The position numbers and the translations under genes were made by a program. From assembly GCA_963716255.1 (NCBI GenBank), contig OY970303.1:4224001-4288000 (forward strand): a stretch of DNA of 64,000 nucleotides. Reading direction: 5' to 3'. This stretch comes from an uncultured Gemmatimonadales bacterium (lineage in GTDB: Bacteria; Gemmatimonadota; Gemmatimonadetes; Longimicrobiales; Longimicrobiaceae). The notes under the pieces are model-generated. The model did not search any database. It was not told where the DNA came from and worked only from the letters and a program-made list of their open reading frames with translations. Below, one piece after another: positions 46,621 through 56,914 of this stretch (position 1 is the first letter of the stretch; every line of letters begins with the position of its first letter).

Positions 46621-47835
46621 GTGCCGAAGCCCGCCCCCCGCAGCACCATCCCGATGATCCTGGCGCTCGCCCTGGCCGCCGCGCCCGCCCGCGCCCAGGA
46701 CCCGCTCCCCCGCTACACGGCGCCCGCCGACGCCCTGGCGCCAGGCGTGGTGCGGGTCTGCGCGGGCGGCGACGTGACGCTGGGCACCAACCTGGATCCA
46801 AGCTGGGCGCGGGCGGCCTCGCAGAAGTACGGGATGCGCGTGGACCCCTTCCCGGACCCGGACTCGCTGCTGGCCCCGCTGCGCCCGCTGGTGGCGGACG
46901 CGGACGTGGTGCTCCTGAACGTGGAGGGCGCCATCGGCGAGGGGACGCCGTCGCGGCGCAAGTGCGCGCCGGGATCCACGGCCTGCTTCGCCTTCCGGAT
47001 GCCGGTGGACGCGGCGGCGGCGGTGCGCCGCGTGGTGGACCCGGACAGCGCCGCGGTGGTGGGGAACGTGGCCAACAACCACGCGGGCGACGCCGGGCGG
47101 CCGGGGTGGCGCGAGACCATGCGCCACCTGGAGGACGCCGGGGTGCGGGTGACGGGCGCGGACAGCGTGCCCACCGTGGTGGCCACGGCGCGGGGGGACA
47201 CGGTGGCCTTTCTGGGCTTCAGCGTGTGGATCGGGCCGGACGCGCGCGATCTGGCCGCGGTGCGCCGCATCGTGGGGCGGGCGGCGGAGCGCTGGCCGCG
47301 GGTGGTGGTGACCATGCACATGGGCGCCGAGGGGCGCGCGGCGCAGCGCACGCCGGAGGCGCGGGAGACGTTCTACGGCGAGAACCGCGGCAGCATGGTG
47401 ACGTTCGCGCGGACGGCTGCGGCGGCGGGGGCGGACCTGGTGGTGGGGCATGGGCCGCACGTGATGCGCGCGGCGGAGTGGCGAGGGGAGACGCTGATCC
47501 TGTACTCGCTGGGGAACCTGCTCACCTACGGGCCCTTCTCGCTGGCGGAGCCGCTGAACCGCGGGGCGGTGGCGTGCGCGGCCCTGGACTCCGCGGGGCG
47601 GGTGGTGGAGGCGGCGCTGCGGCCCACTCGCCAGGTGCCTCCGGGGCGCCTGCGGGCGGACGTCTCGGCGCGCAGCGCGGCGCTCGTGGACTCGCTGTCG
47701 CGGCTGGACTTCCCGGCGACGGGGGCGCGGGTGGACCCGGACGGCGCCATCCGCGTCCCCGAGCGGCCCTACACCCCCGGGGGCGGGGCGGCGCCGCGGC
47801 GCCCCCGGCCGGTGCGGAAGGGCGGCGGGGACTAG
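46621..47835 (+). CDS. CapA/PGA_cap family metallophosphoesterase-like protein
   Basis: GGDVTLG, LNVEG, ANNHAGD, HMGAE, VVGHGPHV, YSLGN; start uncertain (GTG 46621/ATG 46654). Confidence 0.88.
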   Translation: MPKPAPRSTIPMILALALAAAPARAQDPLPRYTAPADALAPGVVRVCAGGDVTLGTNLDPSWARAASQKYGMRVDPFPDPDSLLAPLRPLVADADVVLLNVEGAIGEGTPSRRKCAPGSTACFAFRMPVDAAAAVRRVVDPDSAAVVGNVANNHAGDAGRPGWRETMRHLEDAGVRVTGADSVPTVVATARGDTVAFLGFSVWIGPDARDLAAVRRIVGRAAERWPRVVVTMHMGAEGRAAQRTPEARETFYGENRGSMVTFARTAAAAGADLVVGHGPHVMRAAEWRGETLILYSLGNLLTYGPFSLAEPLNRGAVACAALDSAGRVVEAALRPTRQVPPGRLRADVSARSAALVDSLSRLDFPATGARVDPDGAIRVPERPYTPGGGAAPRRPRPVRKGGGD

Positions 47836-48365
47836 CGGGCGGCGACTGCGGCGGCGGTGTCGCCCTCGGCGATGAGGCGGCGGACGCCCATCCAGGCGCG
47901 GACCAGCGACGACTCGCGGCGGTCCAGCCGGCTCTCCACGATGCGCCCGGCGTAGCTGCTGGCGTGGACGTAGCGCCCGCCGCCCACGTACACGCCCACG
48001 TGCGTGATCCGGCCGCCCCGCCCGAAGGTGAGCAGGTCGCCCACTCGCAGCCGGCTCGGGTCGCGGGGGACCTCGCGGCCGGCGGCGGCCTGCTCGCGGG
48101 CGGTGCGGGGGAGCTGCACGCCCAGGGCGCGCATCAGGTAGCGGGTGAACCCGCTGCAGTCGAAGCCCCGGTCGGGGTCCGTCCCCCCGAACAGGTAGCG
48201 GCGCCCGAGCTGGGCGCGGGCCAGGGCGGCCACGGAGCCGCTGTCGGCGGCGGCGCGCGAGGCGGAGGCGCCCACGGAGGGCTGCTGGGCCGCGGAATGG
48301 CCGGGCGACGCGAGCACGACGGCGCAGGCGAGCGCCGCGAGGAGCCGGGTCCGTACAGGGATCAA
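47832..48365 (-). CDS. NlpC/P60 (C40) peptidase
   Basis: Y.FGG....GFDCSGFT, LPRTA, GDLLTF, HVGVYVG, HAS; start uncertain. Confidence 0.9.
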   Translation of the reverse strand: MIPVRTRLLAALACAVVLASPGHSAAQQPSVGASASRAAADSGSVAALARAQLGRRYLFGGTDPDRGFDCSGFTRYLMRALGVQLPRTAREQAAAGREVPRDPSRLRVGDLLTFGRGGRITHVGVYVGGGRYVHASSYAGRIVESRLDRRESSLVRAWMGVRRLIAEGDTAAAVAAR

Positions 48366-48613
48366 GGGCCGGGACGTGCGGGGGACGGAGTGCGGCGCCG
48401 GTGCCGTCGGAAATGGCCGGTGAACGGCCGGGCGCGCCGCGCGAGAGTCCTGCGAGGACGGTTGCGAGTGACGGGCATCATACCCCCCGCCGGTCCACCC
48501 CGTCAACCCGCGCGTGCGCCGCCGGCGCCCATCGCGCGCGCAAAATGTTTCACCGCAATGGCTTGCGAATTTCTTCCAATCCCCCCGACCCTGACCCCGT
48601 CCCCGACCGCCCG

Positions 48614-49579
48614 ATGAACCGACGACTCGCCGCCGCCCTGCTGGCCTCGCTCCTGGTGCTGCTCTCCGCAGGGGCGTGCGCCGCCGCCCCGCGCCCCGCG
48701 TCCACGTCCGTCCGCCACGTCCCTTCCGACACCGCCGCGCTGCGCCGCGCCCTGGAGGCGGCCATGCAGGGCTACGCGGGGGTGGCGGGGGTGAGTGTGC
48801 GCAACCTGCGCACGGGGGAGTCGCTTTCCATCCGCGGCGGGGAGACCTTTCCCTCGGCGTCGCTGGTGAAGGTGCCGGTGCTGGTGGCGCTCCTGGACCA
48901 GGTGCGGCGCGGCAGCATCCGGCTGGACGAGCGCATGGGGATGATCGCCCGCGACCGGGTGGGAGGCTCGGGGGTGCTCCAGTACATGGAGTCCGGGCTG
49001 CCGCTCACGGTGGGCGACGCGGCGTGGCTGATGATCACGCTGTCCGACAACACGGCCACCAACCTGCTGCTGGACAAGATCAACATCCGCACGGTGTGGG
49101 AGAAGATGGACTCGCTGGGGCTTCCCCACACGAAGATCCACTCCAAGACCTTCATCCGCGCCACCTCGCTGGCTCCCGACTCGTCGGTGAAGTACGGGCT
49201 GGGCGTGGCGGTGCCGGACGAGATGGTGCGCCTTTTCGCGCTGCTGCACGAGGGGAGGGCCGTGTCCCCGGAACTGGACTCGCTGGCGCTGCGGATGCTG
49301 CGCGCCAACCAGGACGGCTCCAAGCTGGTGCGCTGGCTGCCCGAGGACGTGCCGGTGGCGCACAAGAGCGGCGACGTGGACCGCGCCCGCAACGACTGCG
49401 GGATCCTCTACGGGCCGGACGCGCCGGTGGCGGTGTGCGTGATGACGCGCGAGAACGCGGCAACCACCTACGCCGTGGACGCCCCGGCGCACCTGCTCAT
49501 CGGCCGGGTGGGGCGCGAGGTGTTCAGGCACTACAACCCCTCCGCCGCGCTGCCGCCGCTCCCCCCGCAGCAGCGTTGA
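48614..49579 (+). CDS. Class A beta-lactamase-like serine hydrolase lipoprotein
   Basis: SASLVK (SxxK), SDNTATN, HKSG; lacks ExxLN. Confidence 0.85.
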   Translation: MNRRLAAALLASLLVLLSAGACAAAPRPASTSVRHVPSDTAALRRALEAAMQGYAGVAGVSVRNLRTGESLSIRGGETFPSASLVKVPVLVALLDQVRRGSIRLDERMGMIARDRVGGSGVLQYMESGLPLTVGDAAWLMITLSDNTATNLLLDKINIRTVWEKMDSLGLPHTKIHSKTFIRATSLAPDSSVKYGLGVAVPDEMVRLFALLHEGRAVSPELDSLALRMLRANQDGSKLVRWLPEDVPVAHKSGDVDRARNDCGILYGPDAPVAVCVMTRENAATTYAVDAPAHLLIGRVGREVFRHYNPSAALPPLPPQQR

Positions 49580-49595
49580 TGCGGCGCGGCGCCGG

Positions 49596-50147
49596 GTGAG
49601 TGGGCTCCCGCCCTGGGCGGCGTGGGCCGGCGCCGCACTCTGCGTGCTGGCGCTGGGCGCGCTGCTGGAGGCGCCGCGCGTGCGCGACCGCGTCCTCGTG
49701 GTGGACCGGCGGCGCCTGCGCGCCGCGCTGGTCCGCGCCCGCCTCCGCGGCACCCCGGAGCCGCTGCTCCCCTTCTTCCGCGACCTGGAGGAGGGCGGCG
49801 CCGGGCTGGTGATGGGCGCCGCCGTCAGCGCCATCCTCTTCCTCCTCTTCGGCGCCACCGTCTTCGGGGTGCGCCGCCTGCTGCTGGGCGTCCCCCTTTA
49901 CCTGGGCCTCGGCCTGGTCACCGTGGCGCTGGTCCGGCTGCTGCTGCTCGCCCCGCGTGCCCTGGGGCTCTGGCTCCTGCGCGTCGCGGTGCTCGCCACC
50001 GAGCGCCTGCTGCGCCTGCTCCTGGGCGAGCGCGCCGCCCCGGAGCGCATCCCCTTCGTCTACGGCGCGCTGCTCGCGGTGTCGGCGGGGGCGGCCGTCG
50101 GCCTGGCGACGGCGGCGGTGCGATGGTGGCGCGGCGTGGCGATGTAG
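49596..50147 (+). CDS. Hypothetical membrane protein
   Basis: Several hydrophobic helices. Confidence 0.6.
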   Translation: MSGLPPWAAWAGAALCVLALGALLEAPRVRDRVLVVDRRRLRAALVRARLRGTPEPLLPFFRDLEEGGAGLVMGAAVSAILFLLFGATVFGVRRLLLGVPLYLGLGLVTVALVRLLLLAPRALGLWLLRVAVLATERLLRLLLGERAAPERIPFVYGALLAVSAGAAVGLATAAVRWWRGVAM

Positions 50148-50389
50148 CGGCCGCCGCGGTCGTGAGCGCACACAGTCTCGATCTCCACTTCGCGCGCGGT
50201 CCCTCTCCCATCGCATCGCAGGAGAATCGCCCTCGCGATGCGTGTCCTCCACGAAGAATCCAGAATTCTACAGCCTTGACGGGTCTCCAGATCGGGGGTA
50301 AAATTTATTGTGTCGGAAAATGTGCGTCACAACGATGCCTTTCGGCATGCGAGCCTGGCTCGCTCCCCCACCGGACGCAGGAGGTCCCC

Positions 50390-51055
50390 ATGAAGCGAAC
50401 CGCAAGCCTGGCCCTGGCCGCGCTGTCTGCAACCGCGCTGCTCGCCGCGTGCGAGCGCGGCGTCCTGGATCCGCGCACTCCCGCCGCCGGCGGTATCCCC
50501 CGCAGCATGGAGTCGGAGGATCCGAGCTTCGAGAACCCGAGGATGCTCGAGCCCGTCGATGGCGAGGTCGGCGGGGGTGAGGGGGGTGGGGGTGACGGGG
50601 GCGGCGGCTCGGGCGGCGGGACGGACCCGTTCAACCCGCCACCGGAGCCAGCCGCTCAGCAGGGGTTCCCTCCCTACTACGCCTACTGGAACGCGTCGAA
50701 GTGGTATTCCTGCGGCCAGGTCACCCACGCGTTCTGGGGACTCGGCTCCTCGTGGAGCAACGACATCACCCGGGGCACCACCATCTACGTGAGCGGCATC
50801 GCCATCCCCAGAACCTTCATGGACTGGGGCATCTACGACCAGTACGGCAACATGGTCGTGTTCCACCGCACGCAGCCCGCCCGGAGCAACTGCGTCGTGC
50901 ACCACGAGGACGAGGCCATCAGCACGTCGGGCTGGGCGCCCGGGTACTACTACCTGTACGCAGTCTATTCCGGCCTGGAGAACGGCGGCGTGGAAAGCTC
51001 GTCCGGGTACGGGCGGGCATACGGGAAGTACGTCGGTCCCCTGCGGGTCCGGTAG
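50390..51055 (+). CDS. Lipoprotein with Gly-rich linker and aromatic-rich C-terminal domain
   Basis: RBS aggagg; LLAAC lipobox; GGGEGGGGDGGGGSGGG. Confidence 0.75.
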   Translation: MKRTASLALAALSATALLAACERGVLDPRTPAAGGIPRSMESEDPSFENPRMLEPVDGEVGGGEGGGGDGGGGSGGGTDPFNPPPEPAAQQGFPPYYAYWNASKWYSCGQVTHAFWGLGSSWSNDITRGTTIYVSGIAIPRTFMDWGIYDQYGNMVVFHRTQPARSNCVVHHEDEAISTSGWAPGYYYLYAVYSGLENGGVESSSGYGRAYGKYVGPLRVR

Positions 51056-51076
51056 GCTCCCGGAGCCGGTTCACGT

Positions 51077-51111
51077 ACGAAGCTCCCGCGGCGCCGTCGC
51101 GGGAGCTTCGT
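51077..51111 (+). terminator. Hairpin after lipoprotein gene
   Basis: acgaagctcccgcggc-gcc-gtcgcgggagcttcgt. Confidence 0.5.
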
Positions 51112-51277
51112 CGCGTTCGGGGGGCTTCCGCGCCGGTAGCATCGCCACCGGCCGCCGAAGCTGCCCCGCCGGAGCCCGGAGCAGCCCCCCCTGCACCAAC
51201 CCGGTACACCCTTTGCGCCACCCGCCCCGCTTCGACGACGGGCGAGGACGAGCGGACCACGACAAGGGGAGGACGCC

Positions 51278-52153
51278 ATGGCCGGACGGCTGGACGGAAA
51301 GGTCGCCATCGTGACGGGCGCGGGGACGGGGATCGGGGAGGCCATCGCGCACAAGTTCTCCAAGGAGGGCGCAACGGTGGTGGTGTGCGGGCTCCCCAGC
51401 GACCCGGTGGAGGACGTGGTCGCCGCCATCCGCGGGTGGGGCGGCACCGCCGTGGCGTTCGGCGGGGACGTGGCGGAGGAGGACAACGCGCGCGACTGCG
51501 TGCGGACCGCGGTGGACGGGTACGGGAAGCTGGACGTGCTGGTGAACAACGCCGGCGTGTTCCTGGTCACCGGCGAGACGCAGGACTACCCGCTGGAGGA
51601 CTTCGACCGCACCGTGCGCATGAACCTGCGCTCCGCCTTCCTGATGACCCGGTACGCCCTGCCGCACCTGCAGAAGTCGCGGGGCAACATCGTGTCCGCG
51701 GGGTCGGAGTCCGGCTTCATCGGGCTGGCCATGAACTCGCCGTACGGCGGCACCAAGGGGTTCATGCACGCTTTCATGCGCGGCGTGGCGGTGGAGCAGG
51801 CCAGGTACGGCGTGCGCGCCAACTGCGTGTGCCCGGGGCCCATCGACACGGCCTGGACGCACAAGGAGACCGGGCCCATGGACAAGAAGATGGAGAAGTC
51901 GCTGATCCAGGCGACGCCGCTGGCCCGGCGCGGCACCCCGGAGGAGGTGGCCAACGTGTACGCCTTCCTGGCCAGCGACGAGGCCAGCTACGTGACCGGG
52001 GTGCTCTGGGTGGTGGACGGCGGCACCACCATCGCCAAGGGGCCCGTGGGCGACGAGGTTCCCGAAGAGCTGCGCAGGCCGCCGGAGCCGCACCTGAAGC
52101 TGGAGCACTCGCTGGAAGGCAACAAGAACAAGGGCACCCACCAGGTGAAATGA
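51278..52153 (+). CDS. SDR family oxidoreductase
   Basis: TGAGTGIG, NNAG, YGGTK, NCVCPG, YVTG..VDGG. Confidence 0.92.
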   Translation: MAGRLDGKVAIVTGAGTGIGEAIAHKFSKEGATVVVCGLPSDPVEDVVAAIRGWGGTAVAFGGDVAEEDNARDCVRTAVDGYGKLDVLVNNAGVFLVTGETQDYPLEDFDRTVRMNLRSAFLMTRYALPHLQKSRGNIVSAGSESGFIGLAMNSPYGGTKGFMHAFMRGVAVEQARYGVRANCVCPGPIDTAWTHKETGPMDKKMEKSLIQATPLARRGTPEEVANVYAFLASDEASYVTGVLWVVDGGTTIAKGPVGDEVPEELRRPPEPHLKLEHSLEGNKNKGTHQVK

Positions 52154-52170
52154 TGATTCTGCGCTGAGGC

Positions 52171-52372
52171 GGGGCCGCTCCGGAGCCGGACGATACGGCC
52201 GTCCGTCTCCTGCGCGGGCTCCGGGAGCCAGGCCAAACCGCCGGCCTGTCTCCCTGCGCCGGGGGGAGCCTCGCCAAACAACCGGCGAGTCTCCCCCCGC
52301 AACGGATCATTTGGGTACTGCGGAAAAGACGAACGGCGCCCCCACCGGGATCTCCCGGTAGGGGCGCCGTTC
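52171..52372 (+). repeat. Family-2 modular hairpin repeat, copy D (three units plus terminal hairpin)
   Basis: Head identical to 7500 except one base; terminal hairpin gaacggcgcccc...ggggcgccgttc. Confidence 0.85.
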
Positions 52373-52435
52373 CGCCGTTGCAGGCTGTGGCGCTTCACGC
52401 TTCGCGTGAACCGACGAACCCTGTTCCCTGCCGTC

Positions 52436-53290
52436 CTACTTCCGCGCTCCTACACTCTCCAGGATTGCCGCCGCGAGCCGCGCGGCCGCCGCCGGCACCC
52501 GGCCCTCGGGGTCGGCGTCCGGGTCGTAGGCGGCGAGCGTCGCGCCCACGATCTCCAGGCGCGAGCCGGCAAGGCGCACCGCGGCCTCCACCTCGTCCAG
52601 GGTGAAGCCGCCGCGGGCGGCGAAGCCGTTGGGGGTCGCCTCGGTGGGGTCCAGCACGTCCAGGTCCAGGTGCAGGTACAGGCGGTCTCCGCGCTCCGCC
52701 AGCGCTTCCAGCGCCGGCCCGAAGGCGGCTTCCACGCCCTCCTCGCGCACCCGCGGCACCTCCACCGTGGTGATGCCGGAGCGGGCCAGGATCGCCCGCT
52801 CGCCCGGCTCCAGGTCGCGCGCGCCGGCAAGCACCACCGACTCGTCGGGGACGGGGAGGAAGCCGCGGATGGTGCCGGCGATCCCCGTCCAGCAGCGCCC
52901 CGTCGCCACCGCCAGCGACATCCCGTCCACGAAGCCGCTGCGCGAGCTCTCCGGGGTGTTCAGGTCGCCGTGCGCGTCCATCCACAGCACCCCGGCCGGA
53001 CCGGTGCCGCCCAGCACCCCCAGCGCCGCCGAGCAGTTGCCGGAAAGCACCAGCGGAAACGCCGGCGCCGCCTCGCGCACCCGCTCCGCCAGCGTGCGCG
53101 CCAGCAGAAAGGTCCCCGCCACCTCGCCGCCGGCCTCCGCGTCCGCCTCCACGCGCTCGGTCGACACGCGGTGGCCGCGGCCGCGCAGCGCCTCCTCCAG
53201 CCCCGCGCGCAGCAGGTGCTCCGGGCCCCGGCCCATGCGCCACTCGCGGCGGCCGGAGTCGTACGGCAGCGCCAGGATCCTCACTTCCAT
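52436..53290 (-). CDS. Arginase/ureohydrolase family protein
   Basis: GRGP, SGNC, WMDAHGDLNTPE, GARDL, HLDLDVLDP. Confidence 0.85.
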   Translation of the reverse strand: MEVRILALPYDSGRREWRMGRGPEHLLRAGLEEALRGRGHRVSTERVEADAEAGGEVAGTFLLARTLAERVREAAPAFPLVLSGNCSAALGVLGGTGPAGVLWMDAHGDLNTPESSRSGFVDGMSLAVATGRCWTGIAGTIRGFLPVPDESVVLAGARDLEPGERAILARSGITTVEVPRVREEGVEAAFGPALEALAERGDRLYLHLDLDVLDPTEATPNGFAARGGFTLDEVEAAVRLAGSRLEIVGATLAAYDPDADPEGRVPAAAARLAAAILESVGARK

Positions 53291-53589
53291 CCCGTCCTCC
53301 GGGTCGCGTTGCGTGGCCCGCCCTCGCGGCGGGAAACAGAAAGATATGTGGTCGTGGCGCAATCGGCACGCAAGTGTGTCGCTCGGGTGCGCACGGCCCG
53401 GTGACCCGCCACGGGACAGCGCTGTCGCGCACCGCTACAGGGCGCGCCCCCGCCAGGGGCGTACACCATGCGTAAGTGAGCATAAATATATGTGGTTGAT
53501 GGATTTGTGGAGAAAATAAGACGTGGCCCCCGACCTGCCTCCCCGGGCCGCGCACGAGACGGCGAGACCCTCACCATCCGGAGGCGGCC

Positions 53590-54981
53590 ATGCACCTGCG
53601 ACTAGCCTGTGTCCCCCTGGCGCTGCTGACCCTTGCCTCGGCCTGCGCCGACCGCGCCGGCCAGGACGTCCCCACGGCGTCCACGGCTCCGGACGGCGCG
53701 CCGCGCTTCGCCCTGGGCCCCAGCGCGCTGGGGCCGCCCCTCCCCATCGGCGTCCAGGTGGTGGCGACGGGGTTCACCTCGCCCGTCCAGCTCGTCACCG
53801 CGCCGCAGAAGAACGGGCGGCGCTTCGTGGTGGACCAGGTGGGCGTGATCTGGGAGCTCAACCCGGCGGGGAAGGTGATGCCCAGGCCGTTCCTGGACCT
53901 TCGCGGCAGGATCACGCCGCTCAGCCCCGGCTACGACGAGCGCGGGCTCCTGGGGCTGGCGTTCCACCCCGACTTCGGCAGGAACGGGCGGTTCTTCGTG
54001 TTCTACACCATCCCGCCGCGCGCGGGGGCGCCCGCCGGGTTCAACCACACCAACGTGATCTCCGAGTTCCGCGCGCGGGGCGGGTCGCAGGTCCAGGCGG
54101 ACCCCGGCTCCGAGCGGGTGGTGCTCATGGTGGACCACCCGCAGGCCAATCACAACGGCGGGACCCTGGCGTTCGGGCCGGACGGGTACCTGTACATCTC
54201 CATCGGCGACGGCGGCAACCGCGACGACGAGGGGCTGGGCCACGTGGAGGACTGGTACGCCGACAACGCCGGCGGCAACGCCCAGGACGTCACGCAGAAC
54301 CTGCTCGGCAACATCCTGCGCATCGACGTGGACCGAGGCTCGCCCTACTCCGTCCCCGGCAGCAACCCGTTCGTGGGCAAGCCGGGGCTGGACGAGATCT
54401 GGGCGTACGGCTTCCGCAACCCGTACCGCTTCTCGTTCGACATGGAGAAAGGCCGCCGGCTGCTGGTGGGCGACGCCGGGCAGGAGCTGTGGGAGGAGGT
54501 GAGCGAGGTGGTGAAGGGCGGCAACTACGGCTGGAACGTGAAGGAGGGGACGCACTGCTTCGACGCCGAGAATCCCACGGTGTCGCCGGCCACCTGCCCG
54601 GACGAGGACCCCACGACCGGCGAGAAGCTGCGCGACCCGGTGATCGAGTTCGCCAACACCAAGAACGGCGGGCTCTCGCTGACGGTGGTGGGCGGCGTCG
54701 TGTACCGCGGCGGCGACGTGCCGGAGCTGGACGGACGCTACGTCTTCGGCGGGGCCTTTTCGGGCGGAGACATCAGCGGCCGCCTGTTCGTGGCGACGCC
54801 CCAGGGCTCGGGCCTGTGGCCCATGCGGGAGCTGCTGGTGAACGGCACGGAGCGCCTGGGCCACGTGGTCAAGGGCTTCGGCCAGGACGCGGACGGCGAG
54901 GTGTACGTGACGGGCTCGGAGGTGCTGGGGCCCACGGGCACCACCGGCAAGGTGTTCAGGCTCGTCCGCCCGCGGCGCTGA
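53590..54981 (+). CDS. PQQ-dependent sugar dehydrogenase (glucose/sorbosone dehydrogenase family) lipoprotein
   Basis: ERGLLGLAFHPDF, NHNGGTLAFGPDGYLYISIGDGG, GFRNPYRFSFD, GGNYGW. Confidence 0.92.
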   Translation: MHLRLACVPLALLTLASACADRAGQDVPTASTAPDGAPRFALGPSALGPPLPIGVQVVATGFTSPVQLVTAPQKNGRRFVVDQVGVIWELNPAGKVMPRPFLDLRGRITPLSPGYDERGLLGLAFHPDFGRNGRFFVFYTIPPRAGAPAGFNHTNVISEFRARGGSQVQADPGSERVVLMVDHPQANHNGGTLAFGPDGYLYISIGDGGNRDDEGLGHVEDWYADNAGGNAQDVTQNLLGNILRIDVDRGSPYSVPGSNPFVGKPGLDEIWAYGFRNPYRFSFDMEKGRRLLVGDAGQELWEEVSEVVKGGNYGWNVKEGTHCFDAENPTVSPATCPDEDPTTGEKLRDPVIEFANTKNGGLSLTVVGGVVYRGGDVPELDGRYVFGGAFSGGDISGRLFVATPQGSGLWPMRELLVNGTERLGHVVKGFGQDADGEVYVTGSEVLGPTGTTGKVFRLVRPRR

Positions 54982-55155
54982 GGGGAAGCCCGGGGTGACG
55001 GACCTCGCCGCCGGCGCGACGGTCGCGCCGGCGGCGCTTCGTCGTGCCCCCGGTTCCTCGCGATCGGGGATGGTGGGCGTTCATGGCGGATTCCGTACGG
55101 GTGGGGTAACGTTGTCGGGGGGCAGCGTTTCCTCCACCCCATCAGGGAAGACGAC

Positions 55156-55365
55156 ATGAAGAAACTGCGCATCCTCCTCGCGGCGTCCGTGCTCGGCCTC
55201 GGTGCCTGCGGCGAGTCCACGCTCATGGCCCCCGAGGACCCGCGGCTCGACAACGGCTCCACGTTCGGAACCGGCCATCGCTCCGGCGACAGCACGAGCG
55301 TGAACACCACGGCGGGAACGACTTCCGCCGAAAGGAACGGTTCGACCTTTGGGACGGGCTACTAG
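55156..55365 (+). CDS. 69-aa lipoprotein-like peptide with duplicated NGSTFGTG core
   Basis: MKKLRILLAASVLGLGAC lipobox; NGSTFGTG(H) and NGSTFGTG(Y)-stop. Confidence 0.8.
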   Translation: MKKLRILLAASVLGLGACGESTLMAPEDPRLDNGSTFGTGHRSGDSTSVNTTAGTTSAERNGSTFGTGY

Positions 55366-55473
55366 GCCGCAGGCGAATGCGGGAATGGCGGCCAGCCCGT
55401 ACATTGACCGCCGGACCCGCGCCCGGGTCCCCGCGACCGCGTCCGCCACCCCCGCGCACCGTCAGAGCCCCAG

Positions 55474-56781
55474 ATGAACCCAGTCGATCCGGAGATCGCG
55501 CTTCTCGTCGACGAGTGGCGGCGCTGCGTAACCGAAAAGGACGTGTCGGGCGCCGAACGGCTGCTGGACGAGGGGTACCGGGGCACCCTGCCGACCGGCG
55601 AGGAGGTCGCCCGGGATGCCGAGATCGCGCTCCTCGCGTCCCCGGCGGTCGCGGTCCGTTCCATCGAGGTCCAGGACCTCCGGACGACGAGGCGCGGGAG
55701 CCGGGCGACCGCCGCGGCGCGGCTCACGATGGCGGGCAGGGTCAACGGCGCGGACTTCCAAAACGTCTACCACGCGACGTTCGAGTTCCGCAGGGACGGA
55801 TCCGCGTGGCGCGCGACGGGCTCACGGCTGGCGGAGGCCGCGGCCGGGCAGCCGCCGTCCGCGCCGCGGGCGAAGGCCCGCTCGGCGGCCTCCTGGCTCA
55901 GGCGCCTGCTGCGCCGCGCGGACGCGCCCGCGTCGTTCCAGGAGATGGCGTACCTCCCCTTTCAGCCGGGGAAGAACTTCGCCCTCGCGCCCGTGGAGCC
56001 CGCGCCCACCCCCGCCACGTCCGCGGACGAGCTCCCCATCCCCCCGCGAGAGCTGTGGCTCGGCTACAACTATCCCGCCCACGGAGAAGCCCACGTCCGC
56101 ACGATGCTGGACGTGGCGTACGCCTCGGGTCTGGCGTTCGCGCCGGGCGACCGCATCCTGGACCTCGGCTGCGGCGCCGGACGGATGATCCGCCACCTGG
56201 TGGAGCTGGCCGCCACCTGCGAGATCTGGGGGATGGACATCAGCGCCGAGCACATCTTCTGGTGCAGGGAGAACCTGAGCCCTCCCTTCCACTTCGCCAC
56301 CAACACCAAGGTCCCGCACCTGCCCTTCGAGGACCGGAGCTTCCGCTTCATCTACTGCGGGTCGCTGTTCACGCACATCGACGACCTGGCCGACGCATGG
56401 CTCCTGGAGCTGCACCGGATCCTCGCGCCCGACGGCCGCCTGTACGTGACCATCCACGACAGCAACACCATCCGCCTGTTCGACGACGGCCAGTACCCCG
56501 GCTCCCCCCTCGCCCGCCGCATGCGCAGGGAGGAAGTGTACCAGGCGGCAAAGGACTCCCCGGGCATGATCTCCATCGACCGCGACCACCTGTCGCAGGT
56601 CTTCTACGGCACGGAATACTTCACCCGCATGGCGGGCTCCATGTTCGAGGTCGTGTCCGTGGTCCCGGAGGCCTACTTCTACCAGACGGCGTTCCTCCTG
56701 CGCAGGAAGCGGCCAGGCCGGGCTCCGGGCGCGGGCCCTGATGGCGTGACGCACGGCGCCGCCGACACGGAATCCGTGTAA
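55474..56781 (+). CDS. DUF4440/NTF2-like domain fused to class I SAM-dependent methyltransferase
   Basis: N-terminal NTF2-like pattern; ILDLGCGAGR, DIS, LPFEDRSF, SLFTH, L.PDG. Confidence 0.82.
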   Translation: MNPVDPEIALLVDEWRRCVTEKDVSGAERLLDEGYRGTLPTGEEVARDAEIALLASPAVAVRSIEVQDLRTTRRGSRATAAARLTMAGRVNGADFQNVYHATFEFRRDGSAWRATGSRLAEAAAGQPPSAPRAKARSAASWLRRLLRRADAPASFQEMAYLPFQPGKNFALAPVEPAPTPATSADELPIPPRELWLGYNYPAHGEAHVRTMLDVAYASGLAFAPGDRILDLGCGAGRMIRHLVELAATCEIWGMDISAEHIFWCRENLSPPFHFATNTKVPHLPFEDRSFRFIYCGSLFTHIDDLADAWLLELHRILAPDGRLYVTIHDSNTIRLFDDGQYPGSPLARRMRREEVYQAAKDSPGMISIDRDHLSQVFYGTEYFTRMAGSMFEVVSVVPEAYFYQTAFLLRRKRPGRAPGAGPDGVTHGAADTESV

Positions 56782-56914
56782 AGCAGGCTTCCTGGGGGTT
56801 CAGCGAGGCGCTGAAGGTAGGGGAGCCGCGCCGTTCTCCCCCTTTCCCCCGCTTGCGGGTGAGAGGGGGCCGGGGTGTGTGGGGGCCCACCCTCGCGGAC
56901 GCCAGCGCGATCCC

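Noticed and set aside
48614..49579. Functional antibiotic-resistance beta-lactamase
   Set aside because: Has SxxK/SDN/KSG but lacks the class A omega-loop ExxLN; more likely a PBP-like serine hydrolase.
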